Positions 42,201-52,700 of a DNA stretch of 64,000 nucleotides are shown here, piece after piece (the stretch's first letter is position 1; every line of letters begins with the position of its first letter). The translations under genes and the position numbers were made by a program. The notes below the pieces were generated by a model. That model did not search any database and was not told the origin of the DNA. It saw nothing but the letters and a program-made list of their open reading frames with translations. The stretch is from Raillietiella orientalis (taxonomy: Eukaryota), in NCBI GenBank assembly GCA_036172245.1, contig JAYWIR010000004.1, forward strand, positions 3,844,001-3,908,000, read 5' to 3'.

Positions 42201-43381
42201 CTCCTTCATTGTCCAAGTTCCATTTCCAATCTATCTTGCCCGGAAAAGCAGAAACGCAACGTGTCCTTTAGAAATCAAGTCCTTTTTCCTTAGCACGCAT
42301 GGTTCCTTCATAAATTCCTCTAAGAAATGAATCCCGAAAAAATGCTGTCACCTGAGGAGCTTTTCTTGTGTCGGAATGAGTTTGCAAAAATCTCTTCACG
42401 AAAAACATATATGTTGTTGATTAGGTTGATGATGTGGCTCATGCGGAGTAACTGTGACCATACGCAAAGTGGTCACTCTCTCGATATGTCTCTTTTCCTC
42501 GAGAGAAACTCTTCTCAGCTTTTGTTTCGGGATAGTTACGATGCATATTAATCAGTTCAGGCTCGAGTGGAGATTCGTATGGGTGGTGAAACTCCCACAC
42601 GTCTTGTAAATATCTTCATCTGCAGAGAACCATAAGCAATTTTCCGAAGACCATTCCGAAGCTCGAAAACGTATCTACTTTCGAAAGTGTTCTAGCATTC
42701 TCAATTACTTTTTCTCTCGATAGGTGTTTGCTTTCATCTGAATTTGGTCTTTTAAAAATACATGAGAGCTAGATGAAGCGCGCAGCAATGCAGCCTTGTT
42801 CACTGAACATCTCTTCTGATCGTAGATATCGGAAGATTGTGCCTGAAAAATTATGGACTCCGTCGAAAAGGATTCGTCTTCTATTAGAGCGAAAAGTCTT
42901 CGATCTTCTCACGATGACTTCTCAGTATTTTAAATACAAGATCGGACAGCAAAGATACGTACGTAATCCTACAAGCAGTGTACAAACCAAGTTTTGCACT
43001 TGCACACGGGCAATTCGAATCGTGCTTCCAGAAAAATCTTTCGGTTTGGGAAAGGTACAGTATTCTTTCTTCCTTCCGGAATGAATTCCTTTTGAATTTA
43101 TGTGGTCGCCTAGGTGGGTAAGTAAGCTGCAGTGCTGCTTTCGGGAGACCTTCAGATCTCTCCAAGATGTCAAAGCTCGTGCAGGAGTCCCCTGTACAAA
43201 TTGTTCCTGTCAAAAGTGCGATTCGGTGATTTCAGTCTCGAAAGAAGGAGCTTCTTTAGAACGGCCCTCAGAACGAACTTTGCATCTTGTTTTACAGATC
43301 AAAGAGATTTATGCACTGGGGGCCTTCCTCAGAAATCAAAGTTTGAAGTGTTTCGAATGACATCGAGTTTCTGAAAAAAAG

Positions 43382-43395
43382 TTTTGTTTTCTTAG
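43382..43395 (+). promoter_or_regulatory. 3' splice acceptor upstream of the SPR coding exon (exon would start at 43396)
   Basis: Pyrimidine tract TTTTGTTTTCTT followed by AG|G, 14 nt before the ATG at 43410. Confidence 0.7.
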
Positions 43396-43409
43396 GTCAA
43401 CCTCAACTG

Positions 43410-44567
43410 ATGGCATTGGCTGCTATGGAGATATCTCCGATCCTTCCTGTGAACTACACATTCGAATACGAAAATTCCAACAGAAGAGATGTTTACGAGA
43501 ACTACGTCAACGTGACGGACCAAGTGCCCATAGTGTACGCGATTCCTCTTTATGGCTACACCATGCCTTTCTTGTTCGTGCTCACGTGCCTAGCAAACAC
43601 CCTCATCATCATCGTCTTGTCTCGCAAGCATATGCGCAACCCCACCAATTACATCCTGACAGCGATGGCCGTAGCCGACATGCTCACCATTTTTTTCCCT
43701 GCTCCCTGGATGTTCTACATGTACACTCTGGGAAAGTACACGGAACCTCTTGGACCTGCGTCCGTGTGCTATGCGTACGTCTACATGAATGACATGCTGC
43801 CCAACATGTTTCACACAGCATCCATTTGGTTGACGTTGATGCTGGCTGTGCAGAGATATATCTACGTCTGCCACGCTCCCGTGGCTCACATCTGGTGTAC
43901 CACTCCGCGTGTACTCAAGACGATCGTCCTCATTTACCTGTTTGCATTTCTGCACCAATCCACTCGCTTCGTGGATCGCACCTATCACGGAGTTCAGATA
44001 GACTGGGGCAACCGCACTTTCGAAGTGTGCACAGAGGAGTCAGCTTACTGGGTACAGCACGTGGTCACACCCGACATCTACTACAACTGCTATTACTGGT
44101 TCCGTGTGATCTGCGTTCACACAATTCCCTGTGTGGCTCTCGTTTTACTGAACGCCTTGCTGTTCAGTACGTTGAAGAAGGCTCAGAAGAAGAGGGACAA
44201 GCTCTTACAAGAGAATAAGAAAGAGAGCAGGAAGCAGAGAGACGCCCGGACCACAACCTTGATGCTGATCGTCGTTGTAACGGTGTTCTTGGCTGTTGAG
44301 ATTCCTCTGGCAGTGGTGACATTGCTGCACATTGTGTCCACCGTGTGGGTCAAGATCCTCAATTACGAACTAGCCAAAGTGCTCATCATCCTCACCAACT
44401 TCATCATCATCGTATCCTACCCGGTCAACTTCGGCGTGTACTGCGGCATGTCTCGGCAGTTTCGGGACACTTTCCGCTGTCTCTTCACGAAGGCATCTTC
44501 CACCAAAGGAAAGAGGAGTGTCAGTACGTACATTAACGGTCCTAAGACCTCTCAAGTGATGCTGTGA
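43410..44567 (+). CDS. SPR: Sex peptide receptor / myoinhibitory peptide (allatostatin-B) receptor, class A GPCR; 385 aa uninterrupted ORF, N-terminus possibly extended by an upstream exon
   Basis: Seven hydrophobic segments with SPR/MIP-R family signatures: TM1 YGYTMPFLFVLTCLANTLIIIVL, ICL1 HMRNPTN, TM2 AMAVADMLT..FPAPW, TM3 FHTASIWLTLMLAVQRYIYVCH (QRY in place of DRY), TM4 AFLHQSTRFVDR, TM5 YYWFRVICVHTIPC, TM6 LMLIVVVTVFLAVEIP, TM7 SYPVNFGVYCGMSRQFRDTF. N-terminal N-glycosylation sequons NYT and NVT. Longest ORF in the track. Confidence 0.95.
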   Translation: MALAAMEISPILPVNYTFEYENSNRRDVYENYVNVTDQVPIVYAIPLYGYTMPFLFVLTCLANTLIIIVLSRKHMRNPTNYILTAMAVADMLTIFFPAPWMFYMYTLGKYTEPLGPASVCYAYVYMNDMLPNMFHTASIWLTLMLAVQRYIYVCHAPVAHIWCTTPRVLKTIVLIYLFAFLHQSTRFVDRTYHGVQIDWGNRTFEVCTEESAYWVQHVVTPDIYYNCYYWFRVICVHTIPCVALVLLNALLFSTLKKAQKKRDKLLQENKKESRKQRDARTTTLMLIVVVTVFLAVEIPLAVVTLLHIVSTVWVKILNYELAKVLIILTNFIIIVSYPVNFGVYCGMSRQFRDTFRCLFTKASSTKGKRSVSTYINGPKTSQVML

Positions 44568-44590
44568 TCTTGCATGCAGCATGATGAGGA

Positions 44591-44596
44591 AATAAA
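44591..44596 (+). promoter_or_regulatory. Candidate polyadenylation signal of the SPR gene
   Basis: AATAAA 23 nt after the stop codon, followed by T/GT-rich sequence. Could be chance or only a proximal site. Confidence 0.45.
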
Positions 44597-46583
44597 GTTT
44601 TCTGTGATACGACTTCAAAATGTCTTTTCGGTCACTCACTCAGAAGGGAGAATGCTCGAAGGAAAATGACCAAAGAGGATTTCTCTGTAATCGAAAAGGT
44701 ACGTAGGCCAACAAAGTGGGAGAGTCCATCCAAAATGAATTTGGCTGAGCAGATCCTTCGAGAGCCGCCTGCATGTTTTTGAACGTAGTTTTTGCTCCGT
44801 TCGACTTCCTCCCTTACAAAATGCTTGAGCTCCTGTCTCCGGACGCGCAGACCATTCCTTTTTTTCAGTTTCCCGCTTGTGTGTACGTAGATGATGACTC
44901 TTCCGATGATGAACACCTCCCTTTTCCGCCCTTTCTTTCGCCTCCAGCTCAAGAAAATGGAAAAATGGAATCTTCGTAGGGAAGCGGAGAACATACCGGC
45001 GAGCAGCGCCGAATTTGTACGTAAAGTGCACATTTTAACGCAGAATCACACCTATGGGTATTTGACCAGAATACGGTCAGGCGATGACGCGTGTTGTATC
45101 CATTCCACCGAGTAATGACCTTGAGAGTATGGAACTTTTGCCTCGATCGACGTCTCGTCTGCATTCAATGCTGAATGCACTCGTCCTATTCGTCGAGATA
45201 TCGAGACGCTGCGCCTCTTCCCACAGGAGGGTGGGATTCCCCATGGAGATTTATGACCATCCTTTCCGTACGAGTACGCCCACCTTTCGGAGAGGAAGCA
45301 TCCCGGAAAAAAAAGAAAGGAAAGAAAAGATCTCCCGTAAGAACCATAGTGCGTGAGGGACGCCTGCATGAACGAAGCCGAGTGAAATTGGATCGTACCT
45401 CACGACGTGTGTGACGCGCACTGGAAACTGACATCCGCCTCCTGTGGGTGAGAAGAAGCACAGTTGCTCCCAAGGATTCATCCAGACGGAAATTCCTTTT
45501 TGGTTTGTCCAAACACAATTTTGGCTGGGCTGATTGCGGAGCAGGTCTCTTCGATTCGGAAGGACGAACGGAGTGAAACGTGGGCCGCTCTTGAAATATC
45601 AAATTGATTTTTTTTTTTTTTTAAAAAAAAAAAAAGAAAGCAAGAGATGGCAAAGTACTCGCACTCTCCTTGGCGACTGGGTATGAAGGTGTCACATGGA
45701 TTGCCTTGGCGGGAATAGGCCTGCATTTCTCTTGAAGAATTCAATCGGTTGCTCGATTCCTGTTCATGGGACGCTTCGCTGAAGCCTCCTGTGATCAATA
45801 CCAAAGAGAGCTCTCATAAGAATTCCCTCGAAGAGGAAGTGACGATGGGCAAGCATTGGAGCAGACTGAAAATATGAGGGCAGGAATGTAAAACAGGACC
45901 CCTGACTTCCCGGAGAAACAGAAAGGATTAATGCGCCTATTCGTGAGCCTTCCGGAAGTACCAATCTGACTGCACTCGTTATGAGCTTTTGTCACCAGTG
46001 TAACATGAGTTCTGGACAGTGAGATTTGCTGCATATCCTGGAGTTATGAGATTTGCTTTCGCCCTTTTGTCACCAAAACGTCCACACAAACGGTCATTCC
46101 ATGCAGTCTTTTCACAAAGGATCTCTCGGTTGGAATCTCTAAGCAGTCTATCGGACGCTCCGACAGACTGCCCAGTACAAGGATAAAATTAAAGCATCCC
46201 ATTCAGGCTTGTAGCATCCTTTACCACCTGATGCTTTATAGAGCAAATGCAACATACGTAAGGACTTCCTGGTTCCAGATGCACAAGGCAATTTACATGA
46301 AATAAATAAAAAAGATGCAAAGATGACAGCATCTGTGGTGAGCTGAGAGGTACTATTCACTCCTGTGGACTTCGGGAAAGTAGGGGAAGAGGGAGAACAT
46401 CACTGCTTTCTATCCTGAGGTGTGTCCACGACTGTCCCACGGGGTCCTTGAGCACCCAAGGTCAGCAGGGGACACTTTATAGTGGCAACGAGACTTCGAT
46501 CGAGGCAAGGAATCCTGGAAGTAGTAGAGGTTCTTTCTTGCCAGCCGGACTACTAGCATTGTCTTTAGATGACCCAAGAGATT

Positions 46584-47478
46584 GCCAACGGCAGGTAGTT
46601 GGTGAGACCGAGGAGATAAAAACAGTAAAAACATTCATGAGACGGTTCAGCGCTCTTATGGGTCATCCCATATACACTGCAACCTTCCGCCTTCCAGAAG
46701 CTCGTAGTAAGGGAGCTCCAAGGTGACAAGATGCATTCGCTCCTTGGGGACGCCCTTTTTCAAGGCGTGAAGCTGTTTTTCATCAAGCCGAAAACCCCGG
46801 AGTACCAGCAAGATGCTTGCGTGCCGCTAGCTCAAGGGAACGATATGGGCATTCAGAAGGAAGTTCAGGATCACGAAGCTTTGGGATGACGTAGATGGCA
46901 CAGCATGCAAGAGTCCTCCTGAAAAAGTCCCTGCGCGGCTTTCGGATTCGGTGGCAATCATGCAAGAATCAATGGGAAGGTTGGCTGGAATTCTCACTCT
47001 TTACATACAATTCAGTGCATGAGTTCAGTGGGGAACCTCGATAGCAGCGGTGTCTGGAAGCACCTGGAAACCTGAGGTTTCCCTGAAGGCGACCGTGATA
47101 AAACATAGGAGCTTCCTTAGCTGCACGGTTGCGATCTTCAAGATCGGAAGTGCTTGTAGAGCATTCTGCGGCAGCTTCCAAGATCACGTGGCCACCTGAG
47201 TGCAAGGTCTGAGCCGAAGAAGCGACAGCAACGAGCACTGGGAACGAGCCAGAAGTGGGCAAGCACCTTCCCTTCTGTTCCATCAAACACCAGAAGATGG
47301 TGCAAATTTTTCAGGAGGTGAGGTCGCTTGATCACTTGGTACACAAAATGCATCAAGCAGGCGCTCGATTATTGGTTCGGTGATGAATTTCAGCCAACGG
47401 CAGGTGGTTGGTGGGACCGAGGAGGTAAAAACAGTAAAAACATTCATGAGACGGTTCAGCGCTCCTGTGGGCCATCCC
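46584..47478 (+). repeat. 86-bp direct repeat, copies at 46584-46669 and 47393-47478
   Basis: Read directly: 80/86 identical, ungapped, all 6 differences are transitions. Confidence 0.95.
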
Positions 47479-49320
47479 TCCGCAATTCATACCGTAAGGA
47501 TCGCAGTGTTGAGCATCCGGAAGCATCCCGTTGCTAACCGACCCGAGCGCTCTTCTGAAATACGAAGTTCGTCGCCGGGATTCGCGCGACTCATCTCCTC
47601 TCAAGCTGCGAGCGGAGCAGCCGGAAGGCGCAGCGTTCTCTTCCCCAAAAACACTCGATCATCTGACTGATGCTCCCTCCTCGGAAACGGACTCCGCAGT
47701 CCACAATGCAGCGTTGCGGACGCAGATGATCGGCAAGCTCCCGGATCCACGCCGAATGGGACTCTCCCAACTTTTCGAAGCTCAGCTCAGGCAGGATACG
47801 CCTGGGACCGCCGCTTCGCGAAATCTTGCAAAGATCCGGGTTCCTCTCGTCGCGAAGCAAAAGCTGCTCTCCTATGCGTGTTGCAGAACGGAGGTGGCTT
47901 GTCGAACCGGATCATCTTATGAAAAAAGAGGAGCAGATGGAATCGGCAGCCGATGAGTGAGGCCCCATCACTGCCATGACGCGAGCACGTACGAAACCTG
48001 CGAAATCATCCACCAAATGGCATCAGCGATCATCATCATCACCAGCGGCTGTTCTCTATGACAAGATCAGTACGGAGCTCTTCAGGTTATAAAATACGGA
48101 AGCGGAGGCATCTTTCAAACGGCCCTATGGAAGGAAAGGAAGCTGGCTGCACCTTGCATCATGCAATCGAACAACAGGATGTACTGACTTTGCTTTCCTA
48201 TGTATTTGTCGATCTCTTAAAACAAGGAATGCAGCGGGCACTTTCGATGCAGTGGCATGAAAAAGTTCCCTTGGCCATTTTTTTCCCTGTTTATTCACGT
48301 TATGGCAGTGCTCTGCAGCCGAACACGGGATTGATATTTTGACTTCTGGAGGTGCTTACAACATATTAAGTGCTCCTCAAGGCGTTCCTCGAAGGAAGCA
48401 GCGCGCTTCTTGCACTTTGGAGAGGCGACTTCCAGAGGGGGCATCAAGTAGCTCCATGGTACGTGATGGAGGAGATTCTCCCCGAGGAAAGAAGTGGGGG
48501 GGGGGGACGGCTCCATTTTCACAATTGGAGGAAAACCTCTAAGCGCTCCCTGATTCCTGGATGGACCCTGAAAGATCAACTGGCATCTCGCCCAGTCAGC
48601 GGTGGCATCCGGCTTCCACCAGTGCCCTCCCCTTAAAGTGGCAGGAACAGGCGTTCATGCTGCTACACTGGGGCCTCCCGTGCAACGCCCGTCGGCATCA
48701 TTGGACACGGGTGTGTGTGAACCCAAACTGTGCAAGGTGAGGAGGGCGAGAATCCCTCCCACACCTCTTAGTGGACTGCGTTGCCCTCCGGTCTCTTTGG
48801 GAACGTTTTGCCGCGACCCATGGAACCCCCGGAGGCAATTCCAGAGACGTTTCGAAGCTCCTCTTCCTGTTCAACGCCCTCACGCCGGCTGCATCCCTAG
48901 CAGCGTTGTGCTGCTTACGCGGGATCGTGGCCGCATGGAGCAACGCCAGAGGAGGCCAGAACTACAGAGACGCCATCTATTTTGCTGTCCTCTTCATGAG
49001 GAGAGCAAAATAGATGTTGGTTCCATCTGGGAACCAAAAAAAAGGAACTTGCCGGTATCCTTACAAGGATGCAGAGGACATCCTCCAGCACATTGTGATT
49101 TCTTCCCGAGGTCCCCCATTTTGCGATTATGTTTTTTGTTTTATTTTTTTTTTCTTTTTGTTTGTCTCTCCTTCCCCTATGTTGCCGAGGCAAACCCGCT
49201 GATCTGCGTGTCAGTTTCCGGCATGTTCCTTTTCGTAGTCATAAGCAACGTGGCAGCATCAAACTTCCTGCCACAGATGTATATGTTTATTTTATCAATA
49301 AACGCCCCGGCGTGACCGGT
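46690..49320 (+). mobile_element. Degenerate, 5'-truncated L1/Tx1-like non-LTR retrotransposon (ORF2 RT, zf-RVT and 3' UTR)
   Basis: Collinear RT-like motifs read across stops and frameshifts: KGAPR*QD (~46706, cf. KAPGxDG); AVFHQAENPGVPARCLRA; KFRITKL...KVPARL (cf. RPIxLL...RL); LDSSGVWKHLET*GFPE (~47037-47087); GTSQ/GQAPSLLFH (~47241-47283, cf. GTRQGCPLSPLLF); WFGDE (~47373-47387, cf. FADD, about 32 codons after LLF as in L1); EEVKTVKTFMRRFSAPVGHP. The C-terminal frame 48603-49013 reads LPLKWQEQAFMLLHWGLPCNARR...CAR*GGRESLPHLLVDCVALRSLW, i.e. CX2[C>stop]X7HX4C. T-rich UTR and AATAAA at 49297. Confidence 0.75.
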
Positions 49321-52300
49321 ATCAACCAGTACCGCATCCGAAGCCTACAGGCCAACCAGTGTCATCCTGCGAGCGGAGCTCGGAACCCACGACGTACCCC
49401 ACCTTTCTCGGAGTCGGTCCTCCATGTGGATGTTCGAATCAGCAACTCTCGGTGCCAAGTGCGGAGACCCTACGTAGCCACACGGCCACCAACATGGGCA
49501 ATGAAATTGTTGCTGCTAAGAAACCCTGGCAAATCGCGATTCCTGAGCAAATTGTTGATAATGAAAGTGAGTGAAGATACTGAAGTAATGCTGAAAGCTT
49601 TTTCAGACTCCGGAACAGCATACGACGTCCAGATGTAACCAACCAGCTATTCACCACGTTTTGAGTAGAAAGATGAATAAAAAAAAATGGCGCACTCTAG
49701 ATGCATCCGTTTTTAAGTGCCATACATCAGTCCAAGACTTTGAGGTACTTCCGACGTGCGTCTGAAAGACTCCTTTTTGTGGAGTGCTCCTGAATCCGTG
49801 CACAACCTTTGAAATGTTCCACTTTCGAATTCGTCCGTCGCCCGAGTGGTTTCAGTGGCCAGAAGGCAACCCAAAGCCTCCTTAGAATGCAATGAAGGTC
49901 TTCAGCCAACATTTTGAATAATTTACTCTGGCCATTAATTCTAGTAATCGAAACCCTGATAAACTTGAAACACACAGCTGCACGCACACACGTAAGATGA
50001 CTTTCAGGATGGAAGTCTATCGAGCACAGCCTCAGCACTCCAGCACTGCCAAGTAGGAAACGTGCTTCTCTCCGAAAACTTGGCTGCAGCCTTTCTAAAA
50101 GGCACGGTTTCTCCAGGTGAGGAATGCCCTATCCTACGCATTAATATTGATTGCTTTTTTTTGTTGTTGTTTTGAGGACCCATTAATTTTCCTGCCATTT
50201 CTATTCCTTAACTGTGTCTCTTCGTTTTGTATTTTTTCTCTCTGCACCCTCTACCCTAATGGCAACCGATAACCTCCGAAAAGATGCTCTCGCTCCCGGC
50301 CAGGTTTTGCAGGTCCGATTTCTGAACGGTCTAACCTACCTTTGCCTCAGAGACTGGTAACTCATGATTCTTTTTGGAAACAATCGTAGTGCTTTCCGAT
50401 AAGCAGTCATTAATTCATCGATGACTTCGTCACTGCTTTCAAATAAAGGAAAGAAACGCCAACCTTCGGGCGAATTCCAGCAGGAAAAACGGGATTTTTC
50501 ATTGTTCTTCCGTGATCATTCATGCTCTTTGTACTTGTTCAGAAACTCGAACGGGATTTTTGGGAAACCCCAGCAGTGGGATTCTTGGCAAACTAAGAGT
50601 CTGCTTCTCTTTCCATGCCCCTATCCACTTCGATTGTCCCCGAACAGGGATATCTTCCTGAGGGTCCGAATGACTTCCAGTTCTCTACTCTTCCTCTACG
50701 GAAGTCGAATTCCGGTCGGTCCTTTCGTGCATCCCATAATTTGTTCCTAGAAAAGATACGATAGAAAAGATACGTTTCCTTGAGCGTTTTTTACTCTTTT
50801 CCCAGTAGCGGGAGGTTTTTTTGGTTCTTGCCGATGCTTTGATCTTTTAGCACCACTGTTTCTGTCTTTCGGAAAAGGAATTTCGCTGCGGAGAGAGATG
50901 GTGGATCTCCCAAGTAAATGCCCTCAAGCCTCCTCGAATGTTTGATTCAGGATCTCTGATTTTCCGTTTCCAAGCATTATTCCCAGACAGTATTCTCAGT
51001 CTCGGTCTCCAGCCATGTGCCTGTCTCTCGGGTAAGGCAGTCTAGTCTCCCTGATGCGAAAAAAGCAGAAAATTCTTCCGTCCCAAGGACAAAGCCAATA
51101 GGCTTTACCTATTCGTGATTTTCGATGAAGCTATCCTTTGCTAGAAGCCCTGCAGCATGACTGCCAGTGACTTCTTGGGGGTGGGCAAACACTCCTTGTT
51201 AATCTTTACGTTTTCTGTAATCTGTGCTTTGTCCTTGACATCACGTTGAAGTGGAAGTGGAAGCAATGAGAGTGAGGAGCAATGACCTCTACACTCTCTA
51301 GAACCTCTCTGACTCGTAGCCTCCCACTCGTATGCAACACTTAAAGCAGTATTGGAGATGCTCCAATAATGGTAACCAGCTGCTGGTTCATGTGCATTCT
51401 GGATGACGCGTTTTGGATATCATTAGTACGGATGGACCGAGTTTCTTGCACCAAAGCATGAGCGACCGAGATTGCGAAAAGATGCAATGATGCCTGAATC
51501 CAAGTCCACCCAACAGTATCATTTTAGCAATCTCTTTAGCCTGTCTGTTTTTCTTTTTTTTTTCCTAAGAGATTTTGATTTGAGAATTCGAAACGAGGGA
51601 ACTGAGAGTGGGCAAGAAGGAGGAAAGGGATATCGTCGCAAATGAGTCCGTTTCTACACAAAAGCGGAGACCGAAACTTCTCCAGATCACTCTCCTCCTC
51701 CACTCTGCAACTTGCTGCTGGGCCGTAATTGCTGGTAGCATACAAGAACCAGTATGCACTGTCATTTCTAAGCTGGACAATTAGTATGGACAACTCACAT
51801 CCCCTTCATCATCAGGATGGCATCTCTGGATAAATGAGGACTCAAATCATCCGGCTTTTGACCAGATGGCTCCCAGTGTGCATCTGGCTCCGTTTTTAAG
51901 AGCGAATTTTCCACCGGAGGCACGCTCTTCTGTGACCTCTCTCAACAAAACTGCACCATATGTTCACCTCCGTGGCGGTACAGCATTGGGTAGGGCTGCA
52001 TTTTTCGGTAAGCCACAGATCTGGAGGTGTCTCGGATGCAGTGGTGCCAATGAGGCTGATTCCTTGTCACGTAATTCGCATTCGGCCTTTCGGTCTTACT
52101 CTCCCTTCATGCCTAGTAATCTGCCTAGGTATGAGAAAGCGCTCCACATCGATGCTCGAACAGAAATCAGAAAGAATTTAAGACCTCAGATAGCTACTTT
52201 TAATTGTTCTTCAGAGAAGCTTGAAATAACGGGATAGAGATTACGTCCCATATGGAACAATCTCCGTTATTGAAGCCCAGGTTGACTCGTCTTATATGGA

Positions 52301-52419
52301 GAGACAATTGATTTCCGTGTGCGTGCTCCTTACAAAGAGCTGATATTCAACTCTCCCCAAATGCGTGTGGTAATTGCAGCCAAATGAAACTACTCTTCAG
52401 AGCAGGACCGGCACATCTG

Positions 52420-52700
52420 GAGACCACTACCACATCCCCATCAATTTGAGAATAATTCCATTCTTAAGTAAGGTAATTGAAGGTAGGTCATTACTTCGTT
52501 GCGCTTCATGATCAGGCTTCTGTGTGATCGAGTGCACCCCGATCCTCTTTAGGATGAAGAATAAACTTCCAAAAGAGTCAACTTTAGCATGCCAGATCCC
52601 GTAGCAACCACTCACTAGACCATTCTACCGGTTGCCTTCTCTGAGGCATCCCACCCAGTCGGCTATCTCTCGAGGCATCTAAGCTCTGCTGATGATGACT
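52420..52700 (+). mobile_element. Highly decayed L2/CR1-group LINE reverse transcriptase remnant
   Basis: One frame reads DHYHIPINLRIIPFLSKVIEG...S*SGFC...TPILFRMKNKL (cf. NYRPISNLPFLSKVLE...QSGFR..STETAL..V.ND). Downstream, VGYLSRHLSSADD (SADD at 52685-52696, cf. YADD). Spacing implies large internal deletions. Confidence 0.5.

Noticed and set aside
43586..44639. Alternative-frame and antisense ORFs overlapping the receptor
   Set aside because: Shadow ORFs expected from the codon bias of the real CDS.
44632..45602. Cluster of minus-strand ORFs downstream of SPR
   Set aside because: No recognisable protein in any frame and no coherent exon structure.
45608..45635. T15A13 palindrome
   Set aside because: Adjacent homopolymers, which are common throughout this window.
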